DNA of 64,000 nucleotides from an uncultured Actinomycetota bacterium (GTDB lineage Bacteria; Actinomycetota; Actinomycetes; Propionibacteriales; Propionibacteriaceae). The notes under the pieces were generated by a model. The model saw only the letters and a program-made list of their open reading frames with translations. It was not told the DNA's origin and did not search any database. The position numbers and the translations under genes are program-made. Below, piece after piece: positions 21,112-30,560 of this stretch. How positions within the stretch are numbered: position 1 is the first letter of the stretch; each line of letters starts with the position of its first letter. The stretch spans positions 23,367 through 87,366 of the forward strand of contig CAVRRM010000011.1 of the NCBI GenBank assembly GCA_963723605.1, given 5' to 3'.

Positions 21112-22120
21112 ATGCCAGCCCCGCACGTCCGCCCCCGTCCCGCCTGGTACCGCCGGGTGTCGATCCCGCCGCCGTCCATCGGAACCGTCGATCCAGCGAC
21201 CGACCGGGCTGCCGCACTGGCCAAGTTGGCCGAGCTGACCGGCCTGGACGACAACCTGCCTGAGCTGACCCGCACCCGGCTGCTCGAACCAGACGCTTCC
21301 GACCGACCTGACCGTCGTGATCTGGCACGGGTTCACCAACGCCCCGTCCCAGTTCGTCGCGGTCGCCGAACTGCTCCGGGAGCTGGGGTACCGCGTGCTG
21401 CTGCCGCGGATTCCACGGCACGGACTGCCCGACCTACTGAACCGCGACCTGGCCAAGCTGACCCAGCAGGAGTTGGTCGCCCACGTGGACACCTGCATCG
21501 ACATCGCGGCCGGACTCGGTGACCGGGTCTGGGTGATCGGGCTGTCGGCCGGCGGCAGCCTGGCGGCCTGGGCGGCGGCCACCCGTCCGGAGATCAGCCG
21601 GGTCGTGCTGGCGGCGCCGCTGGTGGCTCCCAAAGGGTTTCCGATGCCCGCCGTCCGGTTCTGCGTGAAGTTCCCCCGGATCGTGCCGGACTTCTACCTG
21701 TGGTGGGATCCACGGGTGAAAGCCGACCTCAGCCAGAGCCAGAGCCCCTACGCCTATCCGGGCTTTCCACTTTCCGGAGTGCTGCCTTTCCTGCAGCTGT
21801 CGGAAGCGCTGTTCGACGGCAGCGTACCGGTCGAACATCGGCTGGATCGGGTGGTGCTGGTGATCAACCCCCACGACCTGGCTGTTCGTCAGGATGCCGC
21901 CCACGCCTTCGCCACCACGGTGTTCGGACGGTTCGCCGATACCTATGGCGAGGCTCACGTCGCCGGTTCGTTGAAGTGGACCCATGACTTCGTCGACCCG
22001 TGGTCAGCCGCCGGGGGCAGTACCGAGCAGGTGGTGGGGCTGCTGTCCGCCGCGCTCGGAGTGGGGGAGCCGACGGCCGGGGCCGTGCTGGTGCCGCCGT
22101 TGGTCACCGAGCAACCCTGA
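21112..22120 (+). CDS. Alpha/beta hydrolase (esterase/lysophospholipase-like); frameshift near 21300
   Basis: WHGFT and nucleophile motif GLSAGG; the N-terminus lies in the 21112 frame. Confidence 0.75.
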
Positions 22121-22229
22121 CTGGCGGGCCGACTCGTGTCACCTGGCGCTACGACACCGGAGCGACTGAACAGCCGATTCCACTCCAACTGGTCAGCGAC
22201 GGCACGTGTGAGTGAGACTCGACCGGTGG

Positions 22230-24029
22230 TCAGCGGTCCTTGTACTTGCCCTTGCCTTTGCCTTTGTCGTAGGGGGCCCTGAACGAGTCGCGGGGGCCCC
22301 GGCGTTCGTAGCCTCCGGAGCCGTGGCCCTTGTCGCGGGTGAACGTGGCACCGGTGGCTGGGCTGAGCTCGATCAGCTTGCCGGAGATCCGGGTGTCGCT
22401 CAGGGCGTCCCAGGTCTGCTGGGGGAGCGCCGCGGGCAGCTCGATCAACGAGAAATCCAGCCGGATGTCGATGTGGCCGAAGTCCTCGCGACGCAGCCCA
22501 CCCTCGTTGGCCAGGGCACCCACGATGTGTCGTGGGGTAACCCGGTGCCGTTTGCCGACGGCGATCTTGTAGGTGGACAGCGGGGGACCCTCACCGCGCC
22601 GCGGCGCCCGCGGCGGACGGTCGTCGAAGTCCCGCTGCGGCCGATCGTCGCGTGGGGTGAACTGCTTGGGTTCGGCAGCCGGGTCGAGCAACAGCGGCTG
22701 CTCGCCCTGTGCCTGCAGCGCCAGCGCCGCGGCCACGTCCACCTCGGGAACGTCGAACTCGTTGACGTAGTGGGCGACCACCTGACGGAAGAACTCCAGC
22801 CGGTCCGAGCCCAGGGCCTCGGTGATCGACTCGTCGAAGCGGCTCAGCCGGGTGGCGTTCACGTCCTCCACGCTCGGGATCTGCATCTGGGCGAGTTGCT
22901 GCCCGGTGGCGCGCTCGATTGAGCTCAGCAGCCGGCGCTCACGTGGGGTGACGAACGAGATCGCCTCGCCGTGTCGTCCCGCCCGGCCGGTGCGTCCGAT
23001 CCGGTGGACGTAGGACTCGGTGTCGGTCGGAATGTCGAAGTTGACCACGTGGCTGATCCGGTCGACGTCCAGGCCGCGGGCGGCAACATCGGTGGCGACC
23101 AGAACGTCGAGCTTGCCGCTCTTGAGCTGGCTGATCGTGCGCTCCCGCTGGGTCTGCGGCACGTCGCCGTTGATCGCGATGGCGGAGAAGCCGCGGGCCT
23201 GCAGCTTCTCGGCCAGGGCCTCGGTCTCGTTCTTGGTGCGGACGAACACGATCATGCCTTCGAAGTTCTCCACTTCGAGAATCCGGGTCAGGGCGTCCAC
23301 CTTCTGCGGGTAGGACACGATCAGGTAGCGGTGCCGGACGTTCGGCGCGGTGGCGGTCTTGCCCTGGACCATCACCTCGGCAGCGTCAGTCAGGTATTTC
23401 TTCGACAACTTGCGGATCGCCGGCGGCATGGTGGCCGAGAACAGCGCAACCTGCTTGTCCGAGGGAGTGCCGGCGAGAATCGTCTCGACATCTTCGGCAA
23501 AGCCCATGTTGAGCATCTCGTCGGCCTCGTCCAGCACCAGAAACCGCAACTCGGACAGGTCGAGGGTGCCCTTCTCCAGGTGATCCATGATCCGGCCCGG
23601 GGTGCCGACGACCACATGCACCCCACGGGCCAGCGCGCTGAGCTGCACGCCGTAGCCCTGGCCGCCGTACACCGGCAGCACATGGACGCCGGGAAGTCGT
23701 CCGGCGTAAGTCTGGAAGGCCTCGCAGACCTGCAGGGCAAGCTCGCGGGTGGGTGCCAGCACCAGCGCCTGCGGCGACCGCCCCTTCTGCTTCAGTTCCA
23801 GCCGCTGCAGGATCGGCAGGGCGAACGCGGCCGTCTTGCCGGTGCCGGTCTGGGCCAATCCGACCACGTCGCGCCCGGCGAGCATCGCGGGAATGATCTC
23901 GGCCTGGATCGGGGAAGGGCTCTCGTAGCCGACATCGTGCAGGGTCTTCAACAACCGCTCGTCGAGACCCAGCCGATCGAAGCCGGTCGGCTGGTCGGCG
24001 TCGGCTTCGATGGTCTCAGAATTGCTCAC
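22230..24029 (-). CDS. deaD: DEAD-box RNA helicase DeaD/CsdA
   Basis: AQTGTGKT, PTRELA, DEAD, SAT, HRIGRTGR and a DbpA-type C-terminus. Confidence 0.93.
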   Translation of the reverse strand: MSNSETIEADADQPTGFDRLGLDERLLKTLHDVGYESPSPIQAEIIPAMLAGRDVVGLAQTGTGKTAAFALPILQRLELKQKGRSPQALVLAPTRELALQVCEAFQTYAGRLPGVHVLPVYGGQGYGVQLSALARGVHVVVGTPGRIMDHLEKGTLDLSELRFLVLDEADEMLNMGFAEDVETILAGTPSDKQVALFSATMPPAIRKLSKKYLTDAAEVMVQGKTATAPNVRHRYLIVSYPQKVDALTRILEVENFEGMIVFVRTKNETEALAEKLQARGFSAIAINGDVPQTQRERTISQLKSGKLDVLVATDVAARGLDVDRISHVVNFDIPTDTESYVHRIGRTGRAGRHGEAISFVTPRERRLLSSIERATGQQLAQMQIPSVEDVNATRLSRFDESITEALGSDRLEFFRQVVAHYVNEFDVPEVDVAAALALQAQGEQPLLLDPAAEPKQFTPRDDRPQRDFDDRPPRAPRRGEGPPLSTYKIAVGKRHRVTPRHIVGALANEGGLRREDFGHIDIRLDFSLIELPAALPQQTWDALSDTRISGKLIELSPATGATFTRDKGHGSGGYERRGPRDSFRAPYDKGKGKGKYKDR

Positions 24030-24103
24030 ATAACGACGGTAGTGGTCCCGGCTCGAATCGGCCGCATCGAGCCGGTGAGCGATACCTGCCCGGATTCCTC
24101 GGC

Positions 24104-24904
24104 TCAGGCCTTCCAGAACCCCGAGAAGGTGATCCGGTTCTTCGGCAACCCGGCCTTGTGCAGCGTCCGACGGCCCTGGGTGGCAAGGCCGGATTCGCCG
24201 ACCACGAAAGCGTAGGCGTTCGGCCGCGACACCTGGCAGCCCTGCAGCGCCTGCAGGGCCCGCTCGCCGACCAGCTCACCGGTCACGTCGCGCGGCACCC
24301 ATTGCACGTCGACGCCCGCAGGCGCCGCCAGCACGGTGACGTCGTCCTCGGCGGGCACCTCGATGATCGCCGTGCCGACCGCGTCCGGAGGCAGGTCACG
24401 CAGAATGCCGCGCAGGGCTGGAAACCCGCTCTCGTCCGCGACCAACACGTATTCGTCGGTGTCGGACGGGGGATCGAACAGCACGCCCTGATCGAGCAGG
24501 CCGACGGGGCTGCCTACCTCGGCGTGCGCGGACCAGGCCGCGACTCCGGACAACTTCCCGTCGTGCCAGTGCAGCACCACGTCGATGTCCAACTCGGCGA
24601 TGTCGCCCAGCCGGCGGTGCGCCGCGACGGTGTAGTTGCTGCAGTGCGGGCGCTGGTCCTCGGGGATCGCCAGGTACGCCTTCCACCATTGCCGGCCCTT
24701 GACCTCGGGCAGGGTCAGCTCGGTACCGGGCTGCAGGGGAAAGAACAGCCGGAACCAGTGGTCGAGTCCCTGCCAGTCGAACCCGACCAGATCGGCGGAG
24801 GCGAGGGTCACCCGCTGGAATGACGGCGACACCCGCTCGGTGCGGACCACCTCCGCGGTGAACATCCGCGGGTCGGTCGGCATCAGGCGCGGGTACATGG
24901 CCAT
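24104..24904 (-). CDS. Siderophore-interacting protein (ViuB-like ferric-siderophore reductase)
   Basis: SPSFQRVT, DHWFRLFF, LVADESGFPA, FSGFWK. Confidence 0.88.
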   Translation of the reverse strand: MAMYPRLMPTDPRMFTAEVVRTERVSPSFQRVTLASADLVGFDWQGLDHWFRLFFPLQPGTELTLPEVKGRQWWKAYLAIPEDQRPHCSNYTVAAHRRLGDIAELDIDVVLHWHDGKLSGVAAWSAHAEVGSPVGLLDQGVLFDPPSDTDEYVLVADESGFPALRGILRDLPPDAVGTAIIEVPAEDDVTVLAAPAGVDVQWVPRDVTGELVGERALQALQGCQVSRPNAYAFVVGESGLATQGRRTLHKAGLPKNRITFSGFWKA

Positions 24905-24925
24905 GCAGCAATCCTTCACTTTTGG

Positions 24926-24944
24926 TTAGGTTAGGCTAACCATA
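24926..24944. promoter_or_regulatory. DtxR/IdeR iron box TTAGGTTAGGCTAACCATA
   Basis: 17/19 match to the consensus TTAGGTTAGGCTAACCTAA, between divergent iron-uptake genes. Confidence 0.9.
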
Positions 24945-25963
24945 TGTCATCTCCGCCCATCGCGGCCATGAGGTCCGTTCGGTTGAGCGCACCGGTGCTA
25001 CTTTGCGCCGGACTGCTGCTGGTGGTGTTGGCCAGCCTGGCGATGGGAAGCAATCCGATCTCGCCGGCCCAGGTGGTCCAGGCACTGCTCGATCCGGCCA
25101 GGGACGCCGATGGAGTGGTCTGGGGATCGCGTGTTCCGCGCACGCTGCTCGGCATCGTGGTCGGGTTCTGTCTCGGCGTGGCCGGCGTGGTGATGCAGGG
25201 CCAGACCGGCAACCCACTTGCCGATCCCGGCCTGTTCGGGGTGTCGGCCGGGGCCAGCCTCGCGGTCGTGGTGGGCGCCTACGTGCTCGGCTTCAACTCG
25301 ATGACGGCGTCCCTGGTGCTGGCCATGGTGGGCGCGCTGGTGTCCAGCGTGATCGTGTTCGGCATCGCCACGCTCAGCCGCGACCTGGCCAACCCGGTGC
25401 CGCTGGCGATCGCCGGCACGGCTGTCAGTGCCCTCCTCGGTGCGGTCATCTCGTTCCTGGTGCTGACCAACCAGAGCTCACTGGAGGCGTACCGGGTCTG
25501 GGTGGTCGGCTCACTGTCCGGACGAGCATTGGAGGGCGGTCTCCTGCCGGCGGTGCTGCTGGCGGTGGTCGGCCTGGTGCTGGCCCTGGCCAATGCCCGC
25601 TCGCTGAACAGTCTCACCCTGGGCACCGAGCTGGCGCAGGGGCTGGGCGAGACGCTGTGGCAGGCTCGCCTGGTCGGCCTGGGCGCCATCACCCTGACCA
25701 CTGCCAGCGCGGTCGCGCTGGCCGGTCCGATCGGCTTCATCGGGCTGACCGCTCCCCACATCGGACGGGCACTGGTCGGCGGCAATCATCGCCGGTTGCT
25801 GCCGGCGTCCGGATTGATCGGAGCGATCGTCCTGCTGGCCTGTGACGTGTTGGGACGGTTGATCGGCGGCCAGGCCGAAGTTCCGGTCGGCGTCGTGCTG
25901 GCCGTTGTCGGTGGGGTGGCGTTCGTGGCCATCGTCCGCCGGACGAAGTTGGTCGCGCTGTGA
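24944..25963 (+). CDS. Iron-siderophore ABC permease (FecCD/FepD-type)
   Basis: RVPRT, NPLADPGLFGVSAGA, GPIGFIGL. Confidence 0.92.
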   Translation: MSSPPIAAMRSVRLSAPVLLCAGLLLVVLASLAMGSNPISPAQVVQALLDPARDADGVVWGSRVPRTLLGIVVGFCLGVAGVVMQGQTGNPLADPGLFGVSAGASLAVVVGAYVLGFNSMTASLVLAMVGALVSSVIVFGIATLSRDLANPVPLAIAGTAVSALLGAVISFLVLTNQSSLEAYRVWVVGSLSGRALEGGLLPAVLLAVVGLVLALANARSLNSLTLGTELAQGLGETLWQARLVGLGAITLTTASAVALAGPIGFIGLTAPHIGRALVGGNHRRLLPASGLIGAIVLLACDVLGRLIGGQAEVPVGVVLAVVGGVAFVAIVRRTKLVAL

Positions 25964-27072
25964 CCGGGCCGGCCGGGGGAGTGGACGTGGTCGAGCAGGC
26001 GCCCGAGACCGGTTCGCCGACCCGCCGGCAGGGCGTGGATCTCGGCGTGATAGCGGTGCCGTGGCGGCCGCGGGTGTTCTGGGTGACCCTCGGCTGCATC
26101 GTGATGGTGCTGGCCGCGCTGACCTTCGGGATCGTGGCCGGTTCGTCCAGGCTCGGCATCGCCGATGTGTGGGCAACCTTGCTCGGCAACGGCAACCGCA
26201 CGTTTCAGTTCATCGTCTTCGAACTCCGGCTGCCCAGGGTGGCCGGCGGCATCGGAGTCGGGCTGTGCCTCGGCCTGGCCGGTGCGCTGACCCAGACCTT
26301 CTCGCGTAACCCACTGGCCACGCCCGACATCCTCGGCGTCACCTCCGGTGCGTCCGCCGGCGCCGTGACCGCCATCGTGATCGGGGGCGGTGGCTACTCG
26401 GTCGGAGCGTCGCTGCTGGGCGTGGGCATTCCGGTGGTGGCCACGATCGGCGGACTGGCCGCCGCGGCCGTGGTCTACGGGTTGTCGTGGCGGCAGGGCG
26501 TGGACAGCTTTCGACTGATCCTGATCGGCATCGGCGTCACCGCGATCCTCGGCGGTCTGACCAACTATCTGCTGGTCCGGGCCCAACTCACCCAGGTCAC
26601 CGCCGCCACCCAATGGATGGTCGGCAGCCTCTCGGGGGTTTCGTGGGTCAGCGTCTGGCCGATGCTGGTGGTGCTGGCCGCGGTGCTGCCGTTTGCGCTC
26701 AGCCAGTCCGCGCCGCTGGGCATCAATCAACTCGGCGACGACTTCTCCACGGGCCTCGGCGTTGCCGTCCAACGACACCGGCTGCTGGTCATCCTCGCAG
26801 CGGTGCTGCTGACCAGCGCGGCGGTCTCGGCGGCCGGCCCGGTCGAGTTCGTTGCCTTCGTGGCGCCGCAGGTGGCCCGTCGGCTGGCTCGCACGGACCG
26901 TCCGCCACTGATTTCGTCGGCTCTGGTCGGGGCAGCACTGGTGGTGCTCGCCGATGTGGGTGCCCGGTTCGCCTTCGGCACCGAGATCCCGGTCGGCATA
27001 GTCACGGCGCTGATCGGCGCCCCCTACCTGATCTGGCTGATCACCCGACGCAACCGCAAGGAACGCTCATGA
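25960..27072 (+). CDS. Iron-siderophore ABC permease (FepG-type)
   Basis: LRLPR, RNPLATPDILG, PVGIVTALIGAPY. Confidence 0.92.
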   Translation: MTGPAGGVDVVEQAPETGSPTRRQGVDLGVIAVPWRPRVFWVTLGCIVMVLAALTFGIVAGSSRLGIADVWATLLGNGNRTFQFIVFELRLPRVAGGIGVGLCLGLAGALTQTFSRNPLATPDILGVTSGASAGAVTAIVIGGGGYSVGASLLGVGIPVVATIGGLAAAAVVYGLSWRQGVDSFRLILIGIGVTAILGGLTNYLLVRAQLTQVTAATQWMVGSLSGVSWVSVWPMLVVLAAVLPFALSQSAPLGINQLGDDFSTGLGVAVQRHRLLVILAAVLLTSAAVSAAGPVEFVAFVAPQVARRLARTDRPPLISSALVGAALVVLADVGARFAFGTEIPVGIVTALIGAPYLIWLITRRNRKERS

Positions 27073-27975
27073 CTACGCCCGAACCGGCCCTCGCGGCCGA
27101 GTCTGTCACGCTCGGCTACGACCACCACATGGTGTTCCGCGAACTCGACCTGAGCGTCGAAACCGGCACTGTCACCACCCTGATCGGGGCCAACGGGTGC
27201 GGCAAGTCCACGCTGCTGAAGGCGTTCGGACGGCTGCTCGCCCCGTCCGTGGGAAAGATCAGGCTGGACGGCACACCGATCGGCGACCTGTCCGCCCGAA
27301 CCGTGGCGCGCCGATTGGCGATCCTGCCGCAGAAGCCGCTGACGCCGGCGGCAACCACCGTTCGTGACCTGGTGATGCGCGGACGGCACCCGCACCAGAC
27401 TCTGCTGCGTCCTTGGACGAAGGAGGACGCGACCCAGGTGGAGGGGGCCCTAGCGGCGACCGGCATGACCGAGTTGGCGGAGCGGGACGTGACCGAACTC
27501 TCCGGGGGCCAGCTGCAGCGGGCCTGGATCGCGCTCGTGCTGGCCCAGAACGCCCCGACCATCCTGCTGGACGAGCCGACCACCTTTCTCGACCTCAGCC
27601 ACCAGTTGGAGGTGTTGCGGCTGGTCCGCCGGATCAACGCCAGGCAGGGCAGCACCATCGTGATGGTGCTGCACGACCTCAGCCTGGCCGCCCGGTATTC
27701 CGATCGGCTGGTCGTCCTCCATCGAGGCCGGGTACTCGCCGACGGGGATCCGTGGACGGTGCTGACCCCCCGGGTGCTGCGCGGAGGCGTTCGGCCTGGA
27801 TGCCCTGGTGATTCCCGATCCGGCTTCCGGACGTCCACTGGTGGTGCCTCTCGAGCCGATCCACCCGATCGAGCCGGACGAGGAGGCACCGGTCGAGTTG
27901 CATCCGCCGGATCCCTCCGTTCGGGGTTGTCCAGCAGTCGGCGCGGGGTCGGCGCACCAAGTTAGGTTAGGCTAG
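27069..27975 (+). CDS. Iron-siderophore ABC ATP-binding protein (FepC-type); frameshift near 27782
   Basis: GANGCGKS, LSGGQLQR, LDEPTTFLD; the tail EAFGLDALVIPDP lies in a shifted frame. End is approximate. Confidence 0.88.
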
Positions 27976-27980
27976 CCTTC
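27962..27980. promoter_or_regulatory. DtxR/IdeR iron box TTAGGTTAGGCTAGCCTTC
   Basis: 16/19 match to the consensus, 4 nt before the ATG of the binding-protein gene. Confidence 0.85.
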
Positions 27981-27984
27981 CTCC

Positions 27985-28992
27985 ATGCACCTAGCCAAAC
28001 AACTCCGTCTTCTCTGCGTTGCACTCGTCTCGCTGGCCGCGCTGGCCGCCTGCGCCACCGGTGGGGGAACCCCGGCCACGACTGCTTCCTCCGGTCCGGC
28101 CGAATCCGGGTGGAGCTACACCGACGACACCGGGGCGACGATCACCCTGGACGCCAGGCCCACCCGGATCGCCGGCTTCGCCGACCAGGTCCTGTCGCTG
28201 CTGAGCTACGGCGTGAAACCGGTGGCGATCTTCGGCCGGGTGGACGTGAAGAGCGATCCGCGGTTCGCGGGTTACGACCTCAGCGACGTCAAGATCGTCG
28301 GAAACGCCTATGGAGAGATCGACCTGGAGGCGCTGGCCGAGGCCCAGCCGGACATCATCGTGACCGCCGTGTATCCGACCGACCGTCAGGGCACCCTCGA
28401 CAGCAAGACGCCCTACTACGGGCTGAAGGACCTCGAGCAGCAGGAGAAGGTCGTTGCCATCGCCAAGCTGGCCGCCGTCAAGGTCGGCGGTAAGGGACTG
28501 GCGGTGATCGAGAGCAACGCCAAGCTGGCCATCGCCCTTGGCGCCGACCAGGCCAAGGTGGACGCCGACAGGGCCACTTTCGATGCTGCCGCCGCCAAGC
28601 TGACCGCCGCGGCCAGCACCAGCGACCTCGAGATCACCCAGATGTACGCGGATGCCGACGGCATCTACCTGGTCAAGCCGAAGGACGAGCCGCAGACCGA
28701 GCTGTACCAGAGCCTCGGGGTGAAACTGACCGAGCTGAAGCCGTCCGGCGACTACTACTGGGACATCTACAGCTGGGAGAACGCGGCCAAGACGATGTCG
28801 GGCGACGTCATCATGTTGTCGGTCGAGGGCTTCCAGATCGACGACCTGAAGAAGCAGGCCACGTTCGCCAAGCACCCGGCGTTGGTCGCCGGCCAGGTGT
28901 ACGCCAACCCGTACACGGCGATGAACTACTCGTCCCAGGCGAAGGCGCTGGATCAGCTGACCGAGTACCTGACCACCGCCAAGCAGACCTGA
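27985..28992 (+). CDS. Iron-siderophore ABC substrate-binding lipoprotein
   Basis: LAAC lipobox, YTDDTG...PTRI, IDLEALAEAQPDII. Confidence 0.88.
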   Translation: MHLAKQLRLLCVALVSLAALAACATGGGTPATTASSGPAESGWSYTDDTGATITLDARPTRIAGFADQVLSLLSYGVKPVAIFGRVDVKSDPRFAGYDLSDVKIVGNAYGEIDLEALAEAQPDIIVTAVYPTDRQGTLDSKTPYYGLKDLEQQEKVVAIAKLAAVKVGGKGLAVIESNAKLAIALGADQAKVDADRATFDAAAAKLTAAASTSDLEITQMYADADGIYLVKPKDEPQTELYQSLGVKLTELKPSGDYYWDIYSWENAAKTMSGDVIMLSVEGFQIDDLKKQATFAKHPALVAGQVYANPYTAMNYSSQAKALDQLTEYLTTAKQT

Positions 28993-29010
28993 CCGGCGAG
29001 GTTCTGGCGG

Positions 29011-29923
29011 TCACCACTCGGTGCCCTGGCAGGCCCCCGAACCCGTCGGCTCCACCTGCAGGGTGGCGTGGTCGATGCCGAACTCGTCGCGCATCACCGC
29101 GCTGGCCTCGATCAGGATGCCGGCCGGGTCCGCACCGGTGGAGCTGACCAGGTGGGCGGTGGCCACGTTCATGCCGGACGTCAGCTGCCACAGGTGCAGG
29201 TCGTGCACCTCGAGCACGCCGGCGACGGCGGCGAGCCGATCGTGGGCGACGGCGGGATCGATGCCGGGCGGCGCCGACTGGCCCAGCACGCCCAACACCT
29301 CGCGGCCCAGCAGTACGGCCCGAACGGCCACGTACACGGCCAGCGCGACGGCCAGGATCGGATCCCACAGTGGTGAGCCGGTCAGCCAGGTGGCCAGGCC
29401 GGCGAACAACACCCCGACCGACCCGAGCGCGTCGGCGAGCACCTCGAGGTAGGCGCCCTTGATGTTCAGGCTCTCCTTGGACCCGTCCCGCAGCAGCAGC
29501 AGGGTGACCAGGTTGACCGCAAGGCCGATCACGCCGATCACGATCATCACGCCGGCGTGCACCTCGACCGGGGCGCCGAACCGGCCGATCGCGGTGATCA
29601 GCACGTAGACCGAGACGGACATCATCAGCAGCACGCTCAACCCGGCGGCGAAGATCTCCACCCGGTAGCGGCCGTAGGTCCGGCGTCCGGTGCTGTCCGG
29701 CCGGGTCGCCCACGCGGTGGCCACCAGCGCGACGATCAGGCCGACGGTGTCGGCGGCCATGTGACCGGCGTCCGAGATGACGCTCAGCGAACCGGACCAG
29801 CTGCCGGCCACTAGTTCGACCACGAAGAAGCTGCCGACCAGCGCCAGGGCCACCTTCAGCCGCCAGCGGTGGGTGGTGCCGACATGGCTGTGCGCCACCG
29901 CCCGCGTGATCGTGGCCAGCCAT
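29011..29923 (-). CDS. Cation diffusion facilitator (CzcD/ZitB-like Zn/Co/Cd exporter); frameshift near the N-terminus
   Basis: MAGHDH start, SDAGHMAAD, EVLADALGS, HDLHLW, HATLQVE. Confidence 0.88.
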
Positions 29924-30157
29924 CCCCGCTCCGCTTCGTGGGTTCGATAGGTCGGACGTGCCGTGCCCGGAACCTCCGATGCCGAGCTTAGTGAGTCTGC
30001 GGGATTACGACCCTTCCATCTTGCGTAACTGCGCTGGATGGCCCCGACACGGCCTGCCTTCGGGTGCGCGCTCCGGAAACTGATCACCGGACATCGGGCC
30101 TAGGCGGCCTTTCTTCGGGTTCGATGCTGGAGTGCCCACGCCAGGCGTGTGGCCTGA

Positions 30158-30560
30158 TCATCGTCGATCCCGGCGACGCCGTCGTGAACGCCGTTTGATG
30201 GTCTGATCACCGCCGTGTTTCGTTCTGGGCGGGGCTGTGCTGGCGCGCAGGATGAGTTTGGTCGGAATGGTGACCGGTGCATACCTGGGGACCTCTTCGC
30301 CCTCGATCAGGCGGAGCAGCAGTTGCGCTGCGGTCGCGCCCTGTGCGGGCACGTCCTGCGCAACCGTGGTCAGGTCCACCATGGCGGCCATTTCATGATC
30401 GTCGATACCGATGATCGACATGTCTGCCGGCACCGAGAGGCCGGATCGGCGGAGGGCCCACAGAGCGCCGATGGCGAGTTCGTCGTACTCGGCGAAGATC
30501 GCGGTCGGGAGAGCGGGCCGAACGAGTAGTTGTGCCATCGCAGCGGCGCCGCCCTCGAGC
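30158..30560 (-). pseudogene. LacI-family regulator, C-terminal fragment only
   Basis: PTAIFAEYDELAIGA, VPADMSIIGIDD, LTTVAQD, LILRAST; similarity stops abruptly near 30560 and there is no HTH. Confidence 0.8.

Noticed and set aside
29924-30157. NiCo (czcD) riboswitch upstream of the CDF gene
   Set aside because: I could not match the conserved four-way-junction sequences by eye; an Rfam/Infernal scan would settle it.
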